Source: Candidatus Magasanikiibacteriota bacterium (GTDB lineage Bacteria > Patescibacteriota > Patescibacteriia > Magasanikbacterales > UBA922). Taken from it: DNA of 64,000 nt. The stretch lies in assembly GCA_016193335.1 (NCBI GenBank), contig JACPSK010000001.1, positions 111,926 to 175,925 on the forward strand. The letters run 5' to 3'. The notes beneath the pieces are model-generated. The model did no database searches. It saw nothing but the letters and a program-made list of their open reading frames with translations, and was not told the origin of the DNA. Position 1 is the first letter of the stretch. Each line of letters starts with the position of its first letter. The position numbers and the translations under genes were made by a program. Positions 47,474 through 57,724 of the stretch are shown one piece after another.

Positions 47474-48520
47474 TTACAGAACATCATAGTTAAATAAACA
47501 TACCCCCTCTTTTTCTCGAACTTTTTTGAAACCGGCCTGAGCAAATAAACCCAGAGAAGCAATATTTTCTTTTTTTACCTGCGCACGAATATGACGAAGC
47601 GCGGGGTAATCATTCGTGTATTGTTGGATACCTATTCTTAATCCGCGTATTCCATATCCGCAAGCCCTAAAATCTTTGGCAATGCTAATGCTCAATTCAG
47701 CGCTTCCGTCTTTTTCTTCACTGAGATCAAAACGAATCTGGCCTACGGGAATACCTTCATCTTCAAACAGATATAAAGTCCGATCTTTATCTTTTAGCAC
47801 GCCGTTCAACCACGCAAGATGATCTTCCCATGTTACCGGTTCAGGCGTAAAAAAATACATATAAGTGCTCGGATCGTTTCTCCACCGAAAGAGCATTTGA
47901 GCGTCTGCTTCATTAGCCAGCCGACAACTGAGCTTATGCCCAAGACATTTGATCCCGCTTTGAGGTGAAGCAAGATGCTCTTTATATAATTTTGACTTCT
48001 TTATCTCGTCATCTAAAATTTCTCGAACTGTCTGAGAACGCCCACCCGGAACATAATCCATTTCAAAATGAGCTCCTTGATTTACTATTCTCCCCTGCCA
48101 GTTAATTTCTTGAACGCGTTTAAGAAAAGTAAGAAATGCTCTCAGCTGATGATCAGTGGAACCGACAAGTAACATTTTCTTCCAGTTAAGAGCCAGTGCC
48201 CTATCAATCACATGCAGAGCTTGATCGCGCGTATTCATGGAATGATCATCCACCATAATGGCCCCTTCCGTCACACCTTGATCTGTAAACCACCTCTTGA
48301 TTTCATCAAGTGGAACTTCTTCCTGGCCAGGCCTCTGGCCTTTCCCAACGAGTATATTGTTCCCTGAAAGCAAAATAAGAGGGGCGTAATGAGCATTGTA
48401 GAGCTCCAATACTTTTGGACAACGATCAAAACGATCCCCATGCAGCAAAACAATAACATCCGATTTCTCGGCTGTCTGAGACATTATTTTCTTTTGCAAT
48501 AGCTCTAGAAGAGCATCCAT
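47474..48520 (-). CDS. YdcF/DUF218 domain fused to a PseH-like GNAT
   Basis: N-half: DVIVLL, LLSG, SMNTRDQA, HQLRA. C-half: LFRWRND..., EDHLAW, VGQIRFD, ENIASLGLF. Confidence 0.75.
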   Translation of the reverse strand: MDALLELLQKKIMSQTAEKSDVIVLLHGDRFDRCPKVLELYNAHYAPLILLSGNNILVGKGQRPGQEEVPLDEIKRWFTDQGVTEGAIMVDDHSMNTRDQALHVIDRALALNWKKMLLVGSTDHQLRAFLTFLKRVQEINWQGRIVNQGAHFEMDYVPGGRSQTVREILDDEIKKSKLYKEHLASPQSGIKCLGHKLSCRLANEADAQMLFRWRNDPSTYMYFFTPEPVTWEDHLAWLNGVLKDKDRTLYLFEDEGIPVGQIRFDLSEEKDGSAELSISIAKDFRACGYGIRGLRIGIQQYTNDYPALRHIRAQVKKENIASLGLFAQAGFKKVREKEGVCLFNYDVL

Positions 48521-48526
48521 AGCGTA

Positions 48527-49198
48527 TCAAGCGATTTTTCGTACCAGATGAAAAGCTTCCGCGTATTTCAAACCTGATTCCAGTCCGCGAAACTGCGCAA
48601 GTATTCTAAGACCTTCTGCTGAGCGTGGATGAGGATATTCTCTCATTTCAGACTCATACATACTTAACGCTTGAATTTTCTGGTCCATCGTCGCTTCAAT
48701 ATCATGGTAAACCGTGGGCATGAATGTCTTATGGTCTTTGCTCTGCCACTCGGTGGATGAGAGCGTTTCAAAAGTCAAAATTTCTCGCGGCGCCTTATTA
48801 TTGCAAGGTCTGGAAGCGGTAAGAACCGCCTGGAATGTTAAACGATGATCCACATTCAGATCATATTCATGATGTGTGTATACGATATCAGGTCTCTCTG
48901 CGGCAATGAAACGCTCCACTTCTTTGGCGATCTCAAGGAGCGGGACTGAATCAAAAGCATTATCTCTGAAGGAAAGAAAACGCATATCCGTGAATCCGAC
49001 AATTTCCCCTGCTCGCTTCGCCTGAGCTTGCAAAGCTCCCAATTCTTTTGTGTCGGCTCCGTCTCTGGACAAAACACCCTGGCCCAAAATAAGCGCGCGA
49101 ACATTATCACCTGCTCGCACATGGTTAATAAGCGTCCCGGCAAGACCAAGAAGTTCATCATCCGGATGAGCGGCCACTACAAGAATATTTTTAGCCAT
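48527..49198 (-). CDS. PIG-L family deacetylase
   Basis: AAHPDDE, THH..D.NVDH and YAEAF motifs. Confidence 0.9.
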   Translation of the reverse strand: MAKNILVVAAHPDDELLGLAGTLINHVRAGDNVRALILGQGVLSRDGADTKELGALQAQAKRAGEIVGFTDMRFLSFRDNAFDSVPLLEIAKEVERFIAAERPDIVYTHHEYDLNVDHRLTFQAVLTASRPCNNKAPREILTFETLSSTEWQSKDHKTFMPTVYHDIEATMDQKIQALSMYESEMREYPHPRSAEGLRILAQFRGLESGLKYAEAFHLVRKIA

Positions 49199-49202
49199 AT
49201 AC

Positions 49203-49880
49203 TTATTTTTTACGAATAATTACTTGGGCGCTGACAGAATCTCCCTGATTCTTTGCAGCCTTAAATTCAAACCGAGCCGCTTTGGTTTCCAAAAAAGCCG
49301 ATGGATAACCTTCCGCGTCAAGCATGCGTATGTAATCATATATCTTCTCAAGATCCTCCAGGTTTTCCATATTCCCTTCCTCCGGTTTTCTGCGCGAAAA
49401 TTCGACCACTTCACCTTTTTGAGGCTTGGGTTCTGGCTCTTGAGAAACAATCTCAGGAATCATGTCTTGAAATACGAGATCCGAAGCGCGGCGAAAAATA
49501 TCTTCAGCAGAACCGGCAAGCGAAAGAGATTTTTTCATATATATGTCACCCGTGTCCATGCCTTCGGCAACTTTAAGAGCGGAAACCTTGGTCTCTTTTA
49601 ACCCGCGAACAATTAAATTCTGCAAAGGACTTCCTCCCCTCCCATAGGGCAAGTCAGTCATATGAAATACCACACATTCGTAGGATTCATGCAATTCTCT
49701 TCTAATAATCCAGGACCAATGTGGAAAAAAAATATAGCGCGGGTTAATCTCTCGCACGCGCTCCGCGCTCAATTCATCTTTATGATCAATAAGAAACCAA
49801 TGATTTTGTGAATCAGAAGAACAAAACTTTTTAAAATTTTCTATATTCCACGATTTGACGGTAACCACTAAATAATTCAT
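49203..49880 (-). CDS. Fmt-like formyltransferase
   Basis: FFPHWS, FHMTDLPYGRGGSPLQNLI, DTGDIY and IRMLDAEGYP motifs. Confidence 0.82.
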   Translation of the reverse strand: MNYLVVTVKSWNIENFKKFCSSDSQNHWFLIDHKDELSAERVREINPRYIFFPHWSWIIRRELHESYECVVFHMTDLPYGRGGSPLQNLIVRGLKETKVSALKVAEGMDTGDIYMKKSLSLAGSAEDIFRRASDLVFQDMIPEIVSQEPEPKPQKGEVVEFSRRKPEEGNMENLEDLEKIYDYIRMLDAEGYPSAFLETKAARFEFKAAKNQGDSVSAQVIIRKK

Positions 49881-49885
49881 AAAAA

Positions 49886-50989
49886 TTATTTTTGAATCAT
49901 ATCCCACATGAGCGGGGTCCCGCGTTCAATATCCTGTGTAGCCATTTTTCCAATAATTTCTTCATAATATTTCGGTTCGAGCCCGAAACGAGGGCGTATC
50001 ACCCGCATGTTTTCTTCATTAAATGTGTCTCCCTTTTTTATTTCTCGGACCGCAAAAATAGATCTCTGGTACTTGGCGTTATCTTGCTCTGCCTTACATT
50101 TTACGCCGTATTTTACTTCGCCGAGCGCGCTTTCGGCTTTACGGATTGCATGCACCAAAGCTTTGAAATGGTCAGGTCCCAAGGAAAAATCCCCGTCTAT
50201 CACTTTGTCGTCCGTTGAAGCGACCATATGTTTTTCCAAAACTGAAGCGCCCATCATTACGGCTTGGAGAGGAATTTCAGTGCCTGTATTATTATCGGAA
50301 AAACCAACAACCGTGCCAAAACGTTCCCGCAAATCGAGCATGGTTTTCAGATTGGCGTCTTCTGGTTTTGGACTTTTCGAATATGCGGTGGTGCAATGCA
50401 AAAGAACAATATCTTTTGTTCCATATGAACGGAGCGTTTCCACGGCCAATTCTATTTCCTGGAGCGTGGAAAAGCCAACAGACATAATAACCGGCTTGCC
50501 TGTTTTTGCCACACGTTTCAAAAAGGGAATATGAGTGGTTTCGTATGAAGCGACTTTGTAGAGGGGAACTCCAAGCCCTTCGAGAAAATCAACCGCAGTC
50601 TCTTCATAAGGAGTTGAAAAAAAGACCATCCCAAGCTCTTCGGTGATTTTTTTCAAATCCGCGTGCCAGGCATAAGGCGTCTGGGCCTTTTGGTACAAAG
50701 CATACAAGGACATCCCCTTCCATGTGTCAGGGTTATCTTCCCCCCCGATCATGTCGCCTACCATGAAGTATCTTTTATCCGAATCAATAGTCATGGTATC
50801 TGGCGTATAGGTTTGTATTTTTACCGCGTCAGCCCCGCTTGCGGCAGCGGCCCGTATAATTTCCACTGCTTTATCAAAATTGCCATTATGATTCGCGGAA
50901 AGTTCTGCTATAACAAAACAAGGATAGCCCGGTCCTATCTCGCGCGCTCCCTTGGGGGTCTGAATACTGAAATGAGGTTGATGTTCCAT
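49886..50989 (-). CDS. pseI: Pseudaminic acid synthase
   Basis: IAELSANHNG, KIQTYTPDTMT, EKH, and a C-terminal SAF domain. Confidence 0.9.
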   Translation of the reverse strand: MEHQPHFSIQTPKGAREIGPGYPCFVIAELSANHNGNFDKAVEIIRAAAASGADAVKIQTYTPDTMTIDSDKRYFMVGDMIGGEDNPDTWKGMSLYALYQKAQTPYAWHADLKKITEELGMVFFSTPYEETAVDFLEGLGVPLYKVASYETTHIPFLKRVAKTGKPVIMSVGFSTLQEIELAVETLRSYGTKDIVLLHCTTAYSKSPKPEDANLKTMLDLRERFGTVVGFSDNNTGTEIPLQAVMMGASVLEKHMVASTDDKVIDGDFSLGPDHFKALVHAIRKAESALGEVKYGVKCKAEQDNAKYQRSIFAVREIKKGDTFNEENMRVIRPRFGLEPKYYEEIIGKMATQDIERGTPLMWDMIQK

Positions 50990-51004
50990 ATCTCGCCCGA
51001 TATA

Positions 51005-52141
51005 TTAGAAAGAATATAATACTTTCCTTAAGGTTTCAATCACTTCATCCTGCTCCCTCTTCGTCAAGTCCGGATATATAGGCAAACTCATGATGGATTC
51101 GTAAAAAGCTTCTGCCTTGGGAAACATGCCAACCGAAAATCCGAGGTCCTCATAAAAGGGATGCGTATGCACGGGAATATGATGTATCTGAACTCCGATC
51201 CCTGCTTCACGCAATCTTTTTGCCACTTCGTCTCTATTGGCTGCCATGTTTTTTGCAAGACGTATCACAAACAAATGCCAAGATGATTGGTGATCCACGT
51301 CATCTCGCGACGGAAGAATCACAGTATTGCAGTCCTTGAGCGCTTCATGATAATAAGAAGCTATATGCCTTCTTTTTTCTATAAACAAATCCAAACGTCT
51401 TAACTGACTCAGGCCAAGGGCGCTCTGGATATCGGTAAGCCGATAATTATAGCCAAGGTCCTGCATCTCGAAATACCAATCCCCTCTCGAAGCATGCTTA
51501 AAATTCTGTTTTGTCACTCCGTGAGTTATGAAACGCTTCATCGCGGCATAATAATCTTCGTTGTCGGTTAATATGGCTCCGCCTTCTCCGGTAGTGATAC
51601 TTTTTACTGGATGAAAACTGAAGGTGGACAAATCGTTAAGAGCACCTATCGGCTTTCCCTTGTATCGAGCCCCCAGAGCTTGACAAGCGTCTTCGATTAC
51701 CAACAATCCATGTCTCTTTGCTATTGTTTTTATCTCATCGAGATCGGCAGGTCTTCCGGTGTAATCAATGGGTACAATCGCTTTGGTTCTTTCAGTTAGA
51801 GCGGCTTCTATAAGACTGGCATCAATGTTGCCTGTATTTTCGTCTATATCCACAAAAACCGGCTTGGCACCAACAAAAATACCCGCGTTTGTCGTGGCCA
51901 CGAAGGTCATGGGCGAAGTAATAAACTCATCATCAGGACCTAAGCCTCCGGCTATGAACGCGGCATGCAAAGCTGCCGTTCCGTTTGAAACCGTAACCGC
52001 GTAAGACGCCCCGCAATAGGATGCGAGCGCCTTCTCAAACTCAATAACATGAGGCCCCTGCGTAAGCCAATCAGAACGCAGGACCCGAGTTAGCGCCTCT
52101 ATGTCTTCTTCATTAATTGATTGGCGTCCGTAGGGTATCAT
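51005..52141 (-). CDS. pseC: UDP-4-amino-4,6-dideoxy-AltNAc transaminase
   Basis: IPYGRQ, LTQGP, FSFHPVKSITTGEGG and GYNYRLTDIQ motifs. Confidence 0.9.
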   Translation of the reverse strand: MIPYGRQSINEEDIEALTRVLRSDWLTQGPHVIEFEKALASYCGASYAVTVSNGTAALHAAFIAGGLGPDDEFITSPMTFVATTNAGIFVGAKPVFVDIDENTGNIDASLIEAALTERTKAIVPIDYTGRPADLDEIKTIAKRHGLLVIEDACQALGARYKGKPIGALNDLSTFSFHPVKSITTGEGGAILTDNEDYYAAMKRFITHGVTKQNFKHASRGDWYFEMQDLGYNYRLTDIQSALGLSQLRRLDLFIEKRRHIASYYHEALKDCNTVILPSRDDVDHQSSWHLFVIRLAKNMAANRDEVAKRLREAGIGVQIHHIPVHTHPFYEDLGFSVGMFPKAEAFYESIMSLPIYPDLTKREQDEVIETLRKVLYSF

Positions 52142-52160
52142 AGAAATAAATTCATCTTCT

Positions 52161-53357
52161 TTAATGTTCAAGAGCTAATACTGTTCTTATGGCCCCATCA
52201 AGCTTATAAATTTGTTTTTCAGGATTCATCTCGTCCTCTCCCAGCCGTTCGTAACATTTCCGAGACAGATTTTTTCTAAGTTCTGAGCTGGAGCCCAATC
52301 TTTCTATGATTCGGGCAAGAGCGTCTACATCTCGATAAGGAAAGTACAAAGCCCCGCCTTTGGCGTTCCACTCCAGGCCTCCGCCTCCCGGCAAAATGGA
52401 CGGAACTCCAAAAGCGAGAGCGTAAATAAGAGAAATCGAAGTACCGGCCGGCCACCAATCTGCTTGTATAAATATATCGGCCTTCTTATAATTTTGATAC
52501 AACTGTTCTTTTGAAACCCAACCCGGAAGTTCAACATATTTTTCCAAATTCAAATCTTTTATCATGGCCCGTACATGGGTTTCTTCAGGTCCTTTGCCGC
52601 CCAGCACAAGATGAAAGGCTTCTTTATTTTTGAGACGGGAAAAAGCTGAAAGCAAAATATCAAAACCTTTGCCCGGGGACATTCTGCTCGAATAAAACAA
52701 AATAATAGGGCCGCTGTGATCAGCGCGCTTGGAATATGAATCTTCGGCAATGCCAGCGTCTCGCATTATCTTCTTGGTATCTATAGGGTCCCCAACCACT
52801 ACATCCGTTTCAGCATGACGCAAACCAAAATCTTCATACATGGTTCTCAAGGTAGGACTTACGAATGAAAAAAGGTCTATACGATTCGCCAAAAAAACGC
52901 CGAAAACACGTTCCGTAAGCCAACGCGTTTTTGCTTTGATTTTTTTCAAAAATGAAAGCTTCAGCCGCGGAAATAAACTTGATTCGTATTGTTCCCAACA
53001 GCTCAAATATTGATTGAAAAAAGCCACCACTGGTTTCTTTCCGCCCAAAAATCTGTATAAACCGGCGCTATACATAAACATATGGGCCTCAACGTGGAAT
53101 ATATCTGCGTCGTTCTCATATCTTCGTAAAAGCAGAAACATGGCTTTCTGCAAACTAAACATACTTGGAGAGTCAAGCCGTTCTTCTATAACTCTGTATG
53201 GAAGTTCAAAAGGAATGTCATTCTCAGAAGAAAACGCAGTGATGACCGTTACTTTGTTACCGAATTTTTGTAAAGTGCGGATAATAAGATCAATTTCCTC
53301 GACCGAACCCCCGGCCGAACGAAAATTAAGCTTCGAAGTGACAATATAAATGTTCAT
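52161..53357 (-). CDS. Glycosyltransferase family 4-like (divergent)
   Basis: GT-B C-terminal domain (KGFDILL..., ADIF..., ALAFGVP), but no canonical EX7E motif. Confidence 0.75.
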   Translation of the reverse strand: MNIYIVTSKLNFRSAGGSVEEIDLIIRTLQKFGNKVTVITAFSSENDIPFELPYRVIEERLDSPSMFSLQKAMFLLLRRYENDADIFHVEAHMFMYSAGLYRFLGGKKPVVAFFNQYLSCWEQYESSLFPRLKLSFLKKIKAKTRWLTERVFGVFLANRIDLFSFVSPTLRTMYEDFGLRHAETDVVVGDPIDTKKIMRDAGIAEDSYSKRADHSGPIILFYSSRMSPGKGFDILLSAFSRLKNKEAFHLVLGGKGPEETHVRAMIKDLNLEKYVELPGWVSKEQLYQNYKKADIFIQADWWPAGTSISLIYALAFGVPSILPGGGGLEWNAKGGALYFPYRDVDALARIIERLGSSSELRKNLSRKCYERLGEDEMNPEKQIYKLDGAIRTVLALEH

Positions 53358-53944
53358 AGATCAGAATTCTTCCCATAACCCAGCTTTCGCGCATAAGACA
53401 ACATTTGGTCTTTGGGGCGTTTCTTGATAGGACGCGCGGGAGATCCTGCATAAATGGTCCAAGGTTCGGTATTTTCTTTTAATACGGACAAAGCGCCGAG
53501 CACAGAACCTTGAGCCAGCGTTAGACCAGGAAAGATGACGGCATTTGCTCCTACATTCGCAAAATCTTCCAATACTATGGGTTCGCGTTTCACGCGTGTG
53601 TACTCGGGATCAATGCCCGGCGCGCTGATGAGGCCGTCTCCGAGAAAACGGTCTGATCCGCATAAGAGTTTAGCCCCCAAAGCTATAGTGGTAAAGTCAC
53701 CCATTTTGAAATAAGCTTCGGCACCGCCGATAACGCAGACATAAGGCCCTATATGAATGTAATTGCCAATATCAGCGGCCGTGCTTATATAAAAACCCGA
53801 ATCAATCGCCACATGATTTCCTATGCTGACCAAATGAGGACGACGTATCTCTACCCGCTCACTTATAAAAACATCAATCCCCACCGACTTTAACCGGGAA
53901 CTGTCGTAACGAGGAGTAATTTCAGGCATTTTAGGCAAGCTCAT
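53354..53944 (-). CDS. Hexapeptide-repeat acyltransferase
   Basis: Left-handed beta-helix repeats, VGANAVIFPG and YAGSPARPIK. Confidence 0.85.
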   Translation of the reverse strand: MSLPKMPEITPRYDSSRLKSVGIDVFISERVEIRRPHLVSIGNHVAIDSGFYISTAADIGNYIHIGPYVCVIGGAEAYFKMGDFTTIALGAKLLCGSDRFLGDGLISAPGIDPEYTRVKREPIVLEDFANVGANAVIFPGLTLAQGSVLGALSVLKENTEPWTIYAGSPARPIKKRPKDQMLSYARKLGYGKNSDL

Positions 53945-53949
53945 AATGA

Positions 53950-53978
53950 TTGACACTGGGATAATTTGAATATATAGT
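53950..53978 (+). promoter_or_regulatory. sigma70-like promoter
   Basis: TTGACA-N17-TATAGT. Confidence 0.6.
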
Positions 53979-54098
53979 ATATACCAATTTAAAGCTATGA
54001 CGCAAGCATGGTATGTTATATCCGCAGTTTCAAATTTTGTGCAAAAGCCATATTTCAACTACTAACAAATATATTCAAAAATACCAAAAAACTGTTTT

Positions 54099-55337
54099 AT
54101 GCAATCCATCGGTCCTCTAACCGAATGCCAAATCTGCGAAGATACCCGTCTCACTTCTATTTTAGATCTGGGCCATCAGGCTCCTGTTCATGCTCATCTT
54201 TCGAAAGAACAACTTCGGCTTCCTGAAAATACCTTCCCTTTGCGTCTCGTTCTCTGCCAAAATTGCGGTTTGGTCCAGCTTGATTATATTGGGGATCCTT
54301 CTGTAATCTTCCCTCCCGAATATCCATATCAGACCGGCATGACGCGCATGCTGGTAAAAAATTTTCAGGAGCTCTCTGAAACGCTCTTAAGGTCTTATCA
54401 GATACCTGCCGGGGCTTTAATCGTAGATATTGGCTCCAATGACGGAACCCTCTTAAAGCCATTCAAAGACCAAGGCCTGCGAGTACTTGGCATTGAACCG
54501 ACAAACGTGGCCCGTGTTGCCAATAAACAAGGCATACGAACCATACAAGAATATATAAATCTTGCTGTAGCGACTCAAGCGGTAGAAGATCATGGAAAAG
54601 CTTCTATCGTAACGCTTGCCAATGCTTTCGCGCACATTTTCAATCTCTTTGAGCTCATGGACTCCATCAAGATTCTGCTTGCAGATGACGGCATATTCGT
54701 GAGCGAATCTCAATACTTGGTAGACGCAATCGAAAAAACCGCTTTTGATACGATTTATCACGAACATATACGTTTTTATTCGCTCAGTTCGCTTGAAGCG
54801 CTTTTTTCACGTTGCGGTTTTTCCATAATTGACGCCGAAAGAATACCGGCGGCCGGAGGCTCTATACGGGTCGTGGCGAAAAAAGGAAAACACGAGATGA
54901 GCACACGCGCAAAAACCATTCTGAAACATGAATGCTCAATAAGGGCCACATCCTCCGACACTTTGCACCATTTCGCAAGCAGCGCGATGAAATCAAAACT
55001 TTCTCTCATGCGCCTGCTCTCTGAATTAAAAATGAAAGGCGCTCGAATCGCGGCTCTCGGCGCGCCGGCTCGAGGAAACTCTCTCTTGAGTTCTGTACAT
55101 ATCGGACCGGAGCTTGTTGATTATGCCTGTGAAAAGACAGGCTCTCCAAAAATCGGCCTCTTCACGCCGGGGACCCACATACCGATCATGGATGAAAAAA
55201 AACTTTTTGAAGAACAACCAGAATATCTCCTCGTTCTCTCTTGGCATATAGGAGAAGAGCTCATCAATAAAATGCGTGAGCTGGGCTATAGAGGTCATTT
55301 CATCATTCCCTTGCCAGAGCCTCATCTCGTTAAATAA
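54099..55337 (+). CDS. NDP-sugar C-methyltransferase (NovU/TcaB9-like)
   Basis: CQIC...CQNC Zn finger, DIGSNDG, IYHEH and PGTHIPI motifs. Confidence 0.85.
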   Translation: MQSIGPLTECQICEDTRLTSILDLGHQAPVHAHLSKEQLRLPENTFPLRLVLCQNCGLVQLDYIGDPSVIFPPEYPYQTGMTRMLVKNFQELSETLLRSYQIPAGALIVDIGSNDGTLLKPFKDQGLRVLGIEPTNVARVANKQGIRTIQEYINLAVATQAVEDHGKASIVTLANAFAHIFNLFELMDSIKILLADDGIFVSESQYLVDAIEKTAFDTIYHEHIRFYSLSSLEALFSRCGFSIIDAERIPAAGGSIRVVAKKGKHEMSTRAKTILKHECSIRATSSDTLHHFASSAMKSKLSLMRLLSELKMKGARIAALGAPARGNSLLSSVHIGPELVDYACEKTGSPKIGLFTPGTHIPIMDEKKLFEEQPEYLLVLSWHIGEELINKMRELGYRGHFIIPLPEPHLVK

Positions 55338-56304
55338 GTCCGCTTTTGATTTCTTCCGCCATCGTGCTGATCGAAGAATACAAGGCTTCTCTCGTTTTTT
55401 TTGAACAAATCCAGCCGAGTCTTTGTATGCGATCCGTGTTGAGTCGAACCACCGGCACATCTCCTTTCCATCCTCTTGAACCGCCTGAATATAATAATTG
55501 AGGAGGCCTGCCCTTTAGACCCAGAATCTCGATTACCAGCTCGGCTATTTCAGTAACCGTAATATAATCGCCGGTAGCGACATTATAGACCATGAAAATA
55601 TCTTGTTCCTTTCGAAAGGCAAGCAAAACCGCCGCGATAATATCGTCCACATGGATATATGATTTACTCTGGGTTCCGTCACCAAGAATATTCAAAACAG
55701 AAGGATCTTTAAGCAAACGCTTGGCGAAATCAAAACCAACGCCATGGGTCTGCCGCGGGCCGACCACATTGCCAAAACGAAAAGCTCGACCTTGGAGCCC
55801 AAACATATGGCAATAACTCGCTATCAAGGCTTCACCCGCAAGTTTGGAAGCACCGTAGGTGGAAACAGGCACGAGAGGTCCGTAATCTTCCCAAGCTTCA
55901 GTGTTTCCCAGATCACCATACACTCCGCTCCCCGAGGCGTATAGAATCATTTTAGCGGAAGTCACACGCATGGCTTCGAGTACATTTTGTGTCAAATAGG
56001 TTCCTTCCCAAAAATCTATGTCAGGCTCAGTGGCAGCGCGCGCGATATCCGGATTAGATGCCAAATGAATCACCACGTCATGCGTATCCATTGTCTGTTT
56101 AAGTGTTTCCAAATTTTTTATGTCACCCTTCACCACTTTAAAAATAGGACTATCAAGATGCCTTTTATAATGCCATTCCCTTCCTGAAGAAAAATTGTCG
56201 TAAATCGTCAGTTTAGCGGCTTCTTCTCTATCAAGAAGATAATCCACAAAATGACTGCCGATAAAGCCCGCTCCTCCCAAAATAATATAAGATTGCTTTT
56301 TCAT
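55330..56304 (-). CDS. NAD-dependent epimerase/dehydratase
   Basis: GGAGFIGS, YGASK and GWKGDVP motifs. Confidence 0.88.
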   Translation of the reverse strand: MKKQSYIILGGAGFIGSHFVDYLLDREEAAKLTIYDNFSSGREWHYKRHLDSPIFKVVKGDIKNLETLKQTMDTHDVVIHLASNPDIARAATEPDIDFWEGTYLTQNVLEAMRVTSAKMILYASGSGVYGDLGNTEAWEDYGPLVPVSTYGASKLAGEALIASYCHMFGLQGRAFRFGNVVGPRQTHGVGFDFAKRLLKDPSVLNILGDGTQSKSYIHVDDIIAAVLLAFRKEQDIFMVYNVATGDYITVTEIAELVIEILGLKGRPPQLLYSGGSRGWKGDVPVVRLNTDRIQRLGWICSKKTREALYSSISTMAEEIKSGLI

Positions 56305-56323
56305 ACATCAAAATGTTGAAGAA

Positions 56324-57058
56324 TCAAAAAGCCCCATGTGCAAATTTATCAGAAAGTTCTTTCAATCCTTTTGCAGACCCGACTTCGTAAAAACGTTTAA
56401 ACACTTCATAGCTTCCCAAAAATGATTTCTTGCTTAACATAGTGTAGATTTCCGCCAAATCAAAACGCTCCTTGTCAAAAAAATATGTTGAGACAAGGTC
56501 TCTCGTCAAAATGGCCAAACCCGCGTCAATATAATCCATGTTGGCTGTATCTTCAGCGAATTTATCATATAACATGATCTTATTATCTTTATAAATGATA
56601 TTGCTTTTGTCCCAGTTGCCCGCATTTCTAAGAACCGTGAGCAAAGCTGGCAACCCCTGGCTGTCAAAAGCAGTCCAGATGGCTCTGTAATCAACCGGAA
56701 GATAAGAATCTCCATACAACAAAAAAAATTTCTCCGGGAGTTTACCATGCTCTTGTATAAAACGAATAGCTCCTCCCGTTCCCCTAAGGTCAGCCCCCTC
56801 ATCAACATAGCTCACCCCGATGCCCCAGGATGCGCCATCTCCCACATAATCCCGAATCATCTCCCCCCTGTATCCAACCGACAAAATGACCTCTTGTACA
56901 CCGCTCTGCTTCAAAAGCCTTAATTGGTGATCTACAAAAGGCCTGCCATTCAAGGCAATCATTGACTTTGGTATGTCTTTGGCCAAATCAGAAATTCTGG
57001 TGCCCAATCCTCCGGCCAGTATGACACATAAGATTCGATTGTCAGCCATGGGAGTCAT
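56324..57058 (-). CDS. Sugar-phosphate nucleotidyltransferase (HddC-like)
   Basis: LAGGLGTRI..PK, GTGGA and YGDSY motifs. Confidence 0.85.
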   Translation of the reverse strand: MTPMADNRILCVILAGGLGTRISDLAKDIPKSMIALNGRPFVDHQLRLLKQSGVQEVILSVGYRGEMIRDYVGDGASWGIGVSYVDEGADLRGTGGAIRFIQEHGKLPEKFFLLYGDSYLPVDYRAIWTAFDSQGLPALLTVLRNAGNWDKSNIIYKDNKIMLYDKFAEDTANMDYIDAGLAILTRDLVSTYFFDKERFDLAEIYTMLSKKSFLGSYEVFKRFYEVGSAKGLKELSDKFAHGAF

Positions 57059-57067
57059 AAAACAACA

Positions 57068-57724
57068 TCATTTAAAACGTGAACGCAGAATTCTTTTAAG
57101 CGTCCACCAAGCGCTCTCAAAAGGACGCATGGTTGATTTTCCTTTCCTTTCAAAATAGTCGATATAGGTGACCGCGATTTTATACCCCATCTTCAAAGGA
57201 TGTAAAAGAAGTTCCACGGGCAAAGCCGCTCCTTTTGGATCAATTTCAAGTTTGTGTAAGAGATCCCGCCTGTAGGCTCTCATGCCACTATGCAAATCTC
57301 TCAGCCTTCTAAAAAATAATAATGAGGCCAAAAGGGCGAATAGGGCGTTGCCAATAAAATTGATCCAGGGCATGGCCTTGGGCTTATGCCGCAATCGTGA
57401 ACCGTCAACGATATCATACCCCTCAGTCAGTATTTTACCAGCCAAAATCGGAATCATACAGGCCGGGTAGGTGCCATCACAATCAAGAGTAACAACGGCG
57501 TCGCCTGTAGCGGATCTGAGGGCGGTCATCATGGCGTTGCCATACCCGCGAGGCGGAAATTGCCTGATAAGTTTTACGCCGAGTGATTGCGCGATCTCGG
57601 GCGTCCGGTCTGAACTTGAATCCACTATGATTATTTCAGCTCCGGGCACAGCTGTTCTGATATCCTCAACTACTTTTTTGACAGCCTTCTCTTCATTCAT
57701 GGTTATCATCACCACTGAAATCAT
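57068..57724 (-). CDS. GT2 polyprenol-phosphate glycosyltransferase
   Basis: RGYGNA, LDCDGTY and DLHSGMRAY motifs. Confidence 0.85.
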   Translation of the reverse strand: MISVVMITMNEEKAVKKVVEDIRTAVPGAEIIIVDSSSDRTPEIAQSLGVKLIRQFPPRGYGNAMMTALRSATGDAVVTLDCDGTYPACMIPILAGKILTEGYDIVDGSRLRHKPKAMPWINFIGNALFALLASLLFFRRLRDLHSGMRAYRRDLLHKLEIDPKGAALPVELLLHPLKMGYKIAVTYIDYFERKGKSTMRPFESAWWTLKRILRSRFK

